NCBI RefSeq assembly: GCF_013407145.1
Contig: NZ_CP026993.1
Location: 828,590-860,589 of the forward strand
Direction: 5' to 3'
DNA length: 32,000 nucleotides
Source: Nitrosopumilus cobalaminigenes
GTDB taxonomy: Archaea; Thermoproteota; Nitrososphaeria; Nitrososphaerales; Nitrosopumilaceae
Part shown: positions 8,156 through 15,359 of the stretch, piece after piece
How positions within the stretch are numbered: position 1 is the first letter of the stretch
How the letters are laid out: each line of letters begins with the position of its first letter
Made by a program: the position numbers and the translations under genes
Notes under the pieces: model-generated
The model's database searches: none
What the model was told of the DNA's origin: nothing
Seen by the model: the letters and a program-made list of their open reading frames with translations, nothing else

Positions 8156-8399
8156 CAAAATTTACAAAATTAAGCCTAGGCGTTAAACCCCCCCTGAAAA
8201 TTACCATGTTTAGTCACAATGTGAAATTTTCAAAATCAGGCGTTTTGATGGGGGGTTGAACACTTGTGCCTAGATACAATATGCAACCCTAATTCCACCA
8301 AGATCTCCCAGCTAAACATACCCAAACTATTATTGTCGTGCGTAAAAGCTCAACCCCCTAAATTTTGTCAAAAAATAAAGAAAAAAGATAAAGTTTTGG

Positions 8400-8915
8400 T
8401 TATTCAGTATCGTATAGAGTTGTAATACCTAAACCAGTAGCAGTACATTCAGCACGAGGGCCAACAGTTCCAGTTGCTGCAAAATCAAAGGAATTTTCAG
8501 ATTCCAATGTTACTGTTTTGTGCTGAACCTTAAAGTCTGCTTTTGGACTATCAAGACCAACAATACAGTTGTCTGCATCAAAAGTTACTCCATGAGGATG
8601 ATAACTTTGTACAGGTGATGATTTTGCGGCTTTTCCAAATGCCTGATGATCATTTACACCATGATGAATAGTAATTGCATCAGCTTGTAATCCATCATCA
8701 GTGATTGTTACCCAAGCATAGAAAGTGATTAAATCATCTGCTTTGTTTGCTGGAATTTGTTTGATTTTATCTTCTACGGTCATAGTGAGAGTTTCACCAT
8801 CAGTAGAAGCAGATGTAATTTCAAACTGACCAGCATTTACTGCATATACTGCAGAGAACATACCAATTGCAAAAATTGCAGTTAGGGATGCCCCTAAAAA
8901 GACTGTTTTTGTCAT
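8400..8915 (-). CDS. secreted or membrane-anchored protein (171 aa) with His-rich patches
   Basis: The N-terminal signal/anchor is MTKTVFLGASLTAIFAIGMFSAVYA. It also has HHGVNDH and YHPHG patches and two Cys. No family recognised. Confidence 0.65.
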   Translation of the reverse strand: MTKTVFLGASLTAIFAIGMFSAVYAVNAGQFEITSASTDGETLTMTVEDKIKQIPANKADDLITFYAWVTITDDGLQADAITIHHGVNDHQAFGKAAKSSPVQSYHPHGVTFDADNCIVGLDSPKADFKVQHKTVTLESENSFDFAATGTVGPRAECTATGLGITTLYDTE

Positions 8916-9200
8916 TGGTACAAGTCCCGAACTTGGGAAATTTAAGCATTATAGCTGTATGATGAAAATATGACATTGTGTATTGTGATCTCAAAAAAAT
9001 GATCAAAAACCAAGAGACAAAGAACAATGACGAAATCGTCCCAGGGCCTGATCAAGCATTCTAAAACAAAATTATAGATAATCCTGTGTCTGTTTTGAAA
9101 AATTACAGTTTTAGTCACAATTTAGGCCAAAATGGTAGGGGTTTTAGGGCAAAATTTCCGTCGATTTTAAGTTATTTTGTATTATAGTATTATCAGAGTT

Positions 9201-9257
9201 CAGACCTTCACCTCTCACAAGGCGCAATTTTTTGCGTTAGGTCTGGGCTATTTTTTT
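9201..9257 (+). terminator. compound hairpin followed by T7 (orphan terminator-like element)
   Basis: CAGACCT (9201-9207) pairs with AGGTCTG (9239-9245). Inner hairpin CGCAA-TTTT-TTGCG at 9223-9236. TTTTTTT at 9251-9257. No annotated plus-strand gene lies upstream. Confidence 0.35.
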
Positions 9258-9302
9258 CAGAATTTGCGTTTCAACTATATACCAAATTAATTCAAGAAAT
9301 TT

Positions 9303-9794
9303 ATGGCAAATATGGGAGTTGTAATTGTAATTGGTGCAATTATAGCTTCAATGGTACTTGCAAATTACATGTATACGCAATATACTACAAATTATATCGA
9401 ATCAGAATCTGGCGAGATAATTACAGTGGGTCCAGTGGAATATGTGATAACATTTGAAGGAACACACCAAGGAACCAAAGAAATTGTACCTGAAAACACA
9501 TTTGTTATGATTGGAATTACTGCAAAAAATATCAGTGATGAAAAAACGATGCTTACAGGAGGGCAATTCTACATTGTTGATGAAAAAGAGCAAAAACATG
9601 AAGCTGTCTTTGGCGAGGGTGAATTTGATGCTAAAGACTTGTACATAGAATGGTTAGAACCAAACAAGCCAATTGAAAGAACCACACAATTTGACATTCC
9701 ATTTGACGAGGAAAAACAATACAAAATAATTATTCGTCCACAAAAAGAACAATCAACTGTTGATACAGCTGTTGTTTGTATTACAAATTGCTGA
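9303..9794 (+). CDS. membrane-anchored extracytoplasmic protein (163 aa), DUF4352-like beta-sandwich suspected
   Basis: N-terminal TM VVIVIGAIIASMVLANYMY. The pattern FVMIGITAKNISDEKTMLTGGQFYIVDEKEQKHE resembles DUF4352. TATA-like CTATATAC lies about 25 nt before the ATG, consistent with a leaderless mRNA. Confidence 0.65.
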   Translation: MANMGVVIVIGAIIASMVLANYMYTQYTTNYIESESGEIITVGPVEYVITFEGTHQGTKEIVPENTFVMIGITAKNISDEKTMLTGGQFYIVDEKEQKHEAVFGEGEFDAKDLYIEWLEPNKPIERTTQFDIPFDEEKQYKIIIRPQKEQSTVDTAVVCITNC

Positions 9795-9896
9795 TCGTTA
9801 AATTTTAAAAATCAAAAAAAGTGTCAAATTTTTCTATATACTGCGTAGTAATGTGTGACTTTTACCATATAACACATATGATTTTCGGAAACATTC

Positions 9897-10289
9897 ATGG
9901 CAATATCTAAAGCCAAAAGAGCCGAAGCAGCTAAAAAAGCAGCAAGAACTCGAAAGAGGAATGCAGCTAAAAAAGCAGCTGAAGCACTAAAAGCAGCAGC
10001 AACTCGTAAGAGAAAGGCAGCAGCAACTCGAAGGAAGAATGCAGGTAAAACTGCACCAAAGAGAAAAGCAGCAAAAAGAAAAGCCGCTCCAAAGAGAAAA
10101 ACTGCAGCTAAAAAAGCAGCTCCAAAGAGAAAGGCAGCTAAACGCAGAGCCGCTCCAAAGAGAAAAACTGCAGCTAAAAAAGCAGCTCCAAAGAGAAAGG
10201 CAGCAAAAAGAAAAGCAGCACCAAAACGTAAAGCTGCTACTAAACGCAGAGCCGCTCCAAAGAGAAAGGCAGCTAAACGTCGACGTTAA
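9897..10289 (+). CDS. Lys/Ala/Pro/Arg-rich, histone-H1-tail-like basic protein (130 aa) with an internal 66-bp tandem duplication
   Basis: Almost entirely A, K, R, P and T (AAPKRKTAAKKAAPKRKAAKR units). A nucleotide repeat unit starts at 10083 and again at 10149. GC content is clearly above the surroundings. Confidence 0.7.
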   Translation: MAISKAKRAEAAKKAARTRKRNAAKKAAEALKAAATRKRKAAATRRKNAGKTAPKRKAAKRKAAPKRKTAAKKAAPKRKAAKRRAAPKRKTAAKKAAPKRKAAKRKAAPKRKAATKRRAAPKRKAAKRRR

Positions 10290-10330
10290 GCTGTCTATGC
10301 TATCTTTTTTAAATTCACCCTACTGAATGT

Positions 10331-10362
10331 ATTATATTTCTAAATTCGAATTTAGAAACATT
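10331..10362 (+). repeat. palindromic element copy 4 (ATTATATTTCTAAATTCGAATTTAGAAACATT)
   Basis: Perfect dyad at 10337-10358, 32/32 identical to copy 2. Lies between the convergent genes 9897-10289 (+) and 10371-10775 (-). Confidence 0.85.
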
Positions 10363-10370
10363 CTAGATTA

Positions 10371-10775
10371 TTACTCTGACATCTTTAGTTCAGGCAAAAC
10401 AAAAACTTTGTTTGGTTTTATTTTTAGAACAACTCTTTTTTCATCATCACGTTTGAACGGATAATGTTCACGACCCATGTACTGTTGTGTAAGTTTGTCT
10501 GCATGTTTGTATTCATTGTCTGGAATCAATTCTTCAACAGTACCACGAATTGTTGTCATGTCAAGAGGATTATCTTTTGAGACAACTGAAACTGCAACTC
10601 TAGGATCTCGTAAAACATTTTTGTGTTTAATTCTCCCTTCAGCTGTATTTACCAAAACATAGCCATCTTCATAATTTGCCCATACGGGGGAGACTTGAGG
10701 AGAACCATCTTTCATTACAGTTGCAATGAACACAAGATTTTTCTCTGAAAATAGTTTGATTGCCTTATCATCCAT
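10371..10775 (-). CDS. pyridoxamine 5'-phosphate oxidase-family (PPOX / split-barrel flavin or F420-binding) protein
   Basis: LVFIATVMKDGSPQVSPVWANYEDGYVLVNTAEGRIKHKNVLRDPRVAVSV is the classic PPOX-class pattern. Confidence 0.8.
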   Translation of the reverse strand: MDDKAIKLFSEKNLVFIATVMKDGSPQVSPVWANYEDGYVLVNTAEGRIKHKNVLRDPRVAVSVVSKDNPLDMTTIRGTVEELIPDNEYKHADKLTQQYMGREHYPFKRDDEKRVVLKIKPNKVFVLPELKMSE

Positions 10776-10923
10776 TAATTTTCACAATCCAATATGGTAG
10801 AGGATGAATTTACACCCCCATTCAAAACAAATGCTTTTTGAGAGTATTTTTTGTTCATTTTGTATCCCAATACAAAAAATGAATTGATCGGTTTTAGATG
10901 ATTAATCATTTCTATTACAGATT

Positions 10924-11427
10924 TCACTTTTTGGATGATTTTTCAAGAACATTAGTCATTGCCCTATTCATTATCTCCATTACAAGATATTGAGAATACT
11001 CTTCTGATTTTTTGCCCTTTGATTTTGTAGTTTTTGGCGTTAATCCTTTGAGGATTTTTTCAATTTTAGTGGATGTGTTGTTGATGATTTTGGAATATGT
11101 AGAATCAAAATCTTCAGGAGTCTGAAAATCCAACAATTTTGTAGATGTGCTGTAGAATTTTGTGATGGCTCCACGAGATTCTTCAATTCTGGCAATTTCA
11201 ATCAATCCAGATTCTTTTAGGATTTCTAAATGATGACGGACAGTAGTTAGTGCTTTTTTGTATCCAGTCTTTTTTAGAGCAGTGGAAATCTGATCAGCTG
11301 ATAATGCTTGATGATATAGAATTTCAACAATTTTTGCTCGTGCAGGGTCTTCAATTGCACGTGCGTGTCCAATACTTGTCGTAACAATACGATTAACTTT
11401 GATTTGCTTTTCTAGTAACGTAGACAT
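10924..11427 (-). CDS. ArsR-family winged-helix transcriptional regulator with a C-terminal extension
   Basis: IEDPARAKIVEILYHQALSADQISTALKKTGYKKALTTVRHHLEILKESGLIE is an ArsR/SmtB-type HTH. Confidence 0.75.
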   Translation of the reverse strand: MSTLLEKQIKVNRIVTTSIGHARAIEDPARAKIVEILYHQALSADQISTALKKTGYKKALTTVRHHLEILKESGLIEIARIEESRGAITKFYSTSTKLLDFQTPEDFDSTYSKIINNTSTKIEKILKGLTPKTTKSKGKKSEEYSQYLVMEIMNRAMTNVLEKSSKK

Positions 11428-11515
11428 ACAGAATTACCTTTCAAACCGATCTAAAAGATCCTTGTATCATATTTTTTTGTCTAATCGCATCAATTTTTGT
11501 TTACTTTTACAAATG

Positions 11516-11550
11516 TTGTACTGCTACCATATGGATAGTAACCAGTACAA
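11516..11550. promoter_or_regulatory. nested palindrome upstream of the ArsR-like gene (candidate operator)
   Basis: TTGTACTG (11516-11523) pairs with CAGTACAA (11543-11550). These enclose CTACCATATGGATAG, whose core is the perfect palindrome CCATATGG (11527-11534). Lies about 90-120 bp upstream of the start at 11427. Confidence 0.3.
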
Positions 11551-11773
11551 TCTTTATCGTAATGCTTCTAATATTTTCAATAGCACTACAATGAATATAG
11601 TATAGGAGGAATAATTATTGTAGTGGTTTTAAAATTTTGAAAAAATATCAAAAAAGGCAAATCCTGGAAAACATATTGTCAAATCACCTAGGATGTCAGT
11701 ATTTTGTAAAGGGTCAGAAATAAAATTCGAGTTGAGAGTTAGCTTCTAGTCAACAATGAATCAAGAATCAGGG

Positions 11774-12598
11774 TTACAGAGAATTACCAGTTAGTTTTTC
11801 ATATGCAGTAACATATCGTTTGGTCATTTTTGAAATGATGTCTGCAGGAATTTCAGGTGCTATAGGTTCTCGTCCTGCATCACGTTCATCATCAAATTGT
11901 TTTTGATATCCATTTGCTGTCAGCCAATCACGTAAGAGTTGTTTGTCGTAAGCCTCTTGGATTTTTCCAACCTCAAAGGAATCTTTTGGCCATAAACGGT
12001 ATTCGTCAGGACCTATGGAATCACCCAAGGTAATTTTTCCATCAAGTAAGCCAAATTCTAATTTCAAATCAGCCAAGATAAATCCCACATCATCTGCAAC
12101 TTTAGCCATCTTTTTGTAAATTTCAATTGATGTTTGCTCCAACCAATTGTATTGTTCTTCAGTTACCAAATTCATCTCTAATGCTTTTGTTTTGTTTATT
12201 GGGATATCATGTTCAGATTTCGTGGTAGGATCAAATATTGGTTCAGGTAGTTTTGCTGCTAATGTAGGGTCAGTGCCTTCAGGAATCGACACCTCACCTT
12301 TCTTCCATCTGCTAACTAAACTGCCATAGAAATAGCCTCTAACCACACATTCTATTGGAAGCATTTTCATCTTTTTTACAACAATTTCAGTATCAGATTC
12401 TCGTCGTATGAAGTGATTTGGCACAGATAATTCATTGAACCAAAACTCTGCAAATTTACAAAGAACCTCCCCCTTTCGTGGAATATCTTGTTTGAATTTT
12501 ACATCATATGCTGAAACCCTATTAGAGAATTTGAATAAAATACTAGATTCATCAACATCATAAAGATCCTTTACTTTACCACTGGTAAGAAACTTCAA
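11774..12598 (-). CDS. purC: phosphoribosylaminoimidazole-succinocarboxamide (SAICAR) synthase
   Basis: [27 protein letters not shown]... and LADLKLEFG match the PurC pattern. TTG start, with no in-frame ATG near the conserved N-terminus. Confidence 0.9.
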   Translation of the reverse strand: MKFLTSGKVKDLYDVDESSILFKFSNRVSAYDVKFKQDIPRKGEVLCKFAEFWFNELSVPNHFIRRESDTEIVVKKMKMLPIECVVRGYFYGSLVSRWKKGEVSIPEGTDPTLAAKLPEPIFDPTTKSEHDIPINKTKALEMNLVTEEQYNWLEQTSIEIYKKMAKVADDVGFILADLKLEFGLLDGKITLGDSIGPDEYRLWPKDSFEVGKIQEAYDKQLLRDWLTANGYQKQFDDERDAGREPIAPEIPADIISKMTKRYVTAYEKLTGNSL

Positions 12599-12681
12599 GC
12601 AATTATGCCTACTTTTGATAGAATTTAACTGCTAGGTGTGAAATAAAGAAGAAATATACCAGATTTTCAAACAATTAGAGT

Positions 12682-12885
12682 ATGAGTAACCTAGATGATT
12701 CCATAGGAAAAATACTGTTAGAACTCCAAAAAGACGATCCCGACACTTTCAATAAATTAATGAAAAAAGCTCAAGAAGAAAACCCAGAATTGTTTGAGGA
12801 TGATACCGATGAGGAAAACAAGTCAATTGACGAATACAATCGTGAAATAGATGAATACAACGAAAAAATAGACAAAGACAACTAA
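12682..12885 (+). CDS. small highly acidic protein (67 aa)
   Basis: ORF-track entry, D/E-rich with repeated IDEYN units. No family recognised. Confidence 0.4.
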   Translation: MSNLDDSIGKILLELQKDDPDTFNKLMKKAQEENPELFEDDTDEENKSIDEYNREIDEYNEKIDKDN

Positions 12886-13037
12886 CTATATAGATATTAT
12901 AAAAAACGGTATCTACATACCTTATACCCATATTCTCATTAAATCATAAATAAATTATGAAATATCACGAATTTGATTTCGTTGAATGTTATGATGATGA
13001 CGATTATGACTTTGACGAAGAATAATACTCAATAAAA

Positions 13038-13424
13038 TTACGAACCCATCATACCAACCATTTTTGGCATTTCACGATATGCTTTACTAACAAAAACACC
13101 ATTATCAGCATCAACCATTACAAACTCCATAGAATTTTCAGGTGGGGGTGAAACGATAATTTTTTGACCAGCTTTTAAAGTTCCAATATCCAAAGTATCA
13201 CCATCACCAAAATTGATATGAATATTGGTAAGTGGTTGTGAGCCCGTATTTTGAATTGTTACTCTCCCCATTACAAACAAGCTTTGTTTATCCAAAATTG
13301 GATCTACAAAAATGTCATATTCTTGAGTTGAGACAGACAATTTCAAAATATCCATTCCAAAAATAACCCCCATAATTGCAATGCCTCCTACACCAACAGC
13401 AATTATCACAGTGTACTGTTTCAC
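13038..13424 (-). CDS. membrane-anchored extracytoplasmic protein (128 aa), Ig/CARDB-like beta domain suspected
   Basis: The N-terminal TM is VIIAVGVGGIAIMGVIFG. It is followed by VTIQNTGSQPLTNIHINFGDGDTLDIGTLKAGQ. GTG start. Confidence 0.55.
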   Translation of the reverse strand: MKQYTVIIAVGVGGIAIMGVIFGMDILKLSVSTQEYDIFVDPILDKQSLFVMGRVTIQNTGSQPLTNIHINFGDGDTLDIGTLKAGQKIIVSPPPENSMEFVMVDADNGVFVSKAYREMPKMVGMMGS

Positions 13425-13459
13425 TGAAAGTGTATAGAATTTCTAATAATTAAAATAGA

Positions 13460-13738
13460 TTATTTGATTTTAACACCATTCCAAAATGCCACCATTCCTT
13501 TAATTTTGGAGGCAGCATCATTAGGTTCTGCATAATACCAAGCACAGTCTTTGTTTGTTTTTCCATTTACTTCTACAGAATAATAGTTAGCCATTCCTTT
13601 CCATCCACAGAAAGTTGTCAAGTCAGTTTTTTTGAAATATTCTTGTTTGATTGAATCAAATGGAAAATAAGGATTACCTTCTACCTCGATAGTATCATCG
13701 CTTTCTGCAATTACCACATCATTCCATATTGCTTGCAT
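13460..13738 (-). CDS. DUF427 domain protein
   Basis: AIWNDVVIAESDDTIEVEGNPYFPFDSI...FCGWKGMANYYSVEVNGK...AWYYAEP is the DUF427 signature. I prefer the ATG at 13738 over the track's TTG at 13771. Confidence 0.8.
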   Translation of the reverse strand: MQAIWNDVVIAESDDTIEVEGNPYFPFDSIKQEYFKKTDLTTFCGWKGMANYYSVEVNGKTNKDCAWYYAEPNDAASKIKGMVAFWNGVKIK

Positions 13739-13790
13739 GAATATTGGAAATTCTAAACCATATTTAATCAAATCTCCAAATAGGAAAATT

Positions 13791-15233
13791 TTAGATTTTT
13801 GCCTTTACTTGTTCACGTTTTGTAAAATCAGGTTTTATTCCCAAGGAATCATAATTTCCTGAAGAACATGTGAAACACATGGAATCTTTTGGAATTCCTA
13901 CAGCATTAGCTAGATTTTCAGCGTCATTATAGCCCAAAAAGTCAACACCTATACTTTGTCTGACCATCTCAGTAATCTCATCACTAGTCATAGTTTTTCC
14001 ATCAGTGTATGTGGCAAGTTCTTCTTGAGAAGGGAAATCAATTCCAGCATAACAAGGATAATTAATTTGAGGATATGTTATCAACATGCTAATTTTTTTA
14101 GCACCGGCACGACGAAGAGCCTTGATAATTGCCTTGGAGCTCGTACCTCTAACTAGACTATCATCAATTACAACTACATGTTGGTCTTTGATTATTTCGC
14201 TAATTGGGATAATCCAACGATTAATTTCAACCCTGTCACTTTGGTGAGGCTCAATGAAACTTCGCAGTGGACCTTTCTTGCTGTATCTGTCTTTTAGTAA
14301 ACCCTCATCAAAAGATACGCCAAGTTCCTGAGCATATCCTAATGCAGCAGGTCTTGCCGAATCAGGAACAGGTATTACTAAATCGGCATCATTGATTGGG
14401 AATTTCTTTGCCATAAATTGGCCAATTCTTTTTCTTGAAACGTAGATATTTTTTCCCTCCATTTTACTTGAAGGATGTGCAAAGTAAGTGAATTCAAAAG
14501 AACAGTGTGCACGAGAATCATCAGTTGAAAACTTTTCAGTTTCCAAACCAGTTTTACTTAGTTTGATTAATTCACCTGGAACTACATCTCTTTGAAGTTC
14601 AGCACCAACTGCAGTAACTGCTGCAGATTCGGATGTTACAATGTATGTATCATCAGATTCCTTATGTCCTAAAACCATTGGACGAAATCCCTTAGGATCA
14701 CGTGCTGCATAAACAGAATTATCATCAGAGATAAATGTGAAACAATAAGACCCAACCATCTCATTTTTGAGGATAGAAAGTGCTTTTCCCATTTCACCAT
14801 TTTCAGAAATTAGCGAAACAAGACGTTCAGCTGCAACCAAAGTATCACTTGCATTTTGAGGAGTAAATGAACAACCTCCAACCAAATTAGATAATTCTTG
14901 GGCATTTGCAATGGTACCATTGTGTGCAATACAGAGGTCTTTTACTTTCAAGGGTTGGGCATTATCCAATGTGCTAGTACCCATTGTAGAATATCGGACA
15001 TGACCTATGACACATGAGGATTCATACTCTTTTGCAATTTTTTTAAATTCAGATGAAGAATGTGAAACTAGTCCAACTTTTTTAAATGGAGGTTTGTTTG
15101 GGACGGCAAAACCCCAGGCTTCTTGTCCTCTGTGCTGTAAAGCACGTAAAGCATCAAAGACCATAGGAACTACATTCTTTCCAGACAAACTGTAAATTCC
15201 AACTACACCACAGTTTTCCTTGACTTTAGGCAA
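13791..15233 (-). CDS. purF: amidophosphoribosyltransferase
   Basis: Ntn-type catalytic Cys in the CGVVGI context after a short propeptide. PRTase motif VVVIDDSLVRGTS. TTG start. Confidence 0.92.
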   Translation of the reverse strand: MPKVKENCGVVGIYSLSGKNVVPMVFDALRALQHRGQEAWGFAVPNKPPFKKVGLVSHSSSEFKKIAKEYESSCVIGHVRYSTMGTSTLDNAQPLKVKDLCIAHNGTIANAQELSNLVGGCSFTPQNASDTLVAAERLVSLISENGEMGKALSILKNEMVGSYCFTFISDDNSVYAARDPKGFRPMVLGHKESDDTYIVTSESAAVTAVGAELQRDVVPGELIKLSKTGLETEKFSTDDSRAHCSFEFTYFAHPSSKMEGKNIYVSRKRIGQFMAKKFPINDADLVIPVPDSARPAALGYAQELGVSFDEGLLKDRYSKKGPLRSFIEPHQSDRVEINRWIIPISEIIKDQHVVVIDDSLVRGTSSKAIIKALRRAGAKKISMLITYPQINYPCYAGIDFPSQEELATYTDGKTMTSDEITEMVRQSIGVDFLGYNDAENLANAVGIPKDSMCFTCSSGNYDSLGIKPDFTKREQVKAKI

Positions 15234-15359
15234 ATCTATAGTGCCTCCAATACAGAAAATGATGAGAAAAGGTTAGAAAAAGTGTAAAACTCATCTGAAA
15301 AATCAGTCAATGCTCTCATCCCCTGATCCATAACTAACTTTGAACAATAAAAATGCTGA

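Noticed and set aside
7630-8360. Possible CRISPR-like array suggested by recurring C-run motifs at roughly 100-300-bp spacing
   Set aside because: The spacing is irregular (about 290, 265, 60 and 100 bp), the shared motif is only ~10 nt, there are no 20+ bp identical repeats, and there are no cas genes in the window.
8821-9027. 68-aa minus-strand ORF overlapping the start of the 171-aa secreted-protein gene
   Set aside because: It is out of frame with, and overlaps, the signal-peptide region of the better-supported gene. Its composition (F/C/W/I-rich) looks non-coding.
5802-10362. Integrated provirus or plasmid with att sites at tRNA-Asn and at 10331-10362
   Set aside because: This is tempting because identical 32-nt copies bracket 4.4 kb next to a tRNA. 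However, the repeat is not derived from the tRNA 3' end and there are four copies rather than two. No integrase, rep, capsid or other mobile-element gene is visible. I report it as a repeat family instead of calling a mobile element.
12958-13026. 22-aa hyper-acidic micro-ORF MKYHEFDFVECYDDDDYDFDEE
   Set aside because: It is too short and low-complexity to support without conservation or expression data. GAT/GAC runs arise easily in AT-rich intergenic DNA.
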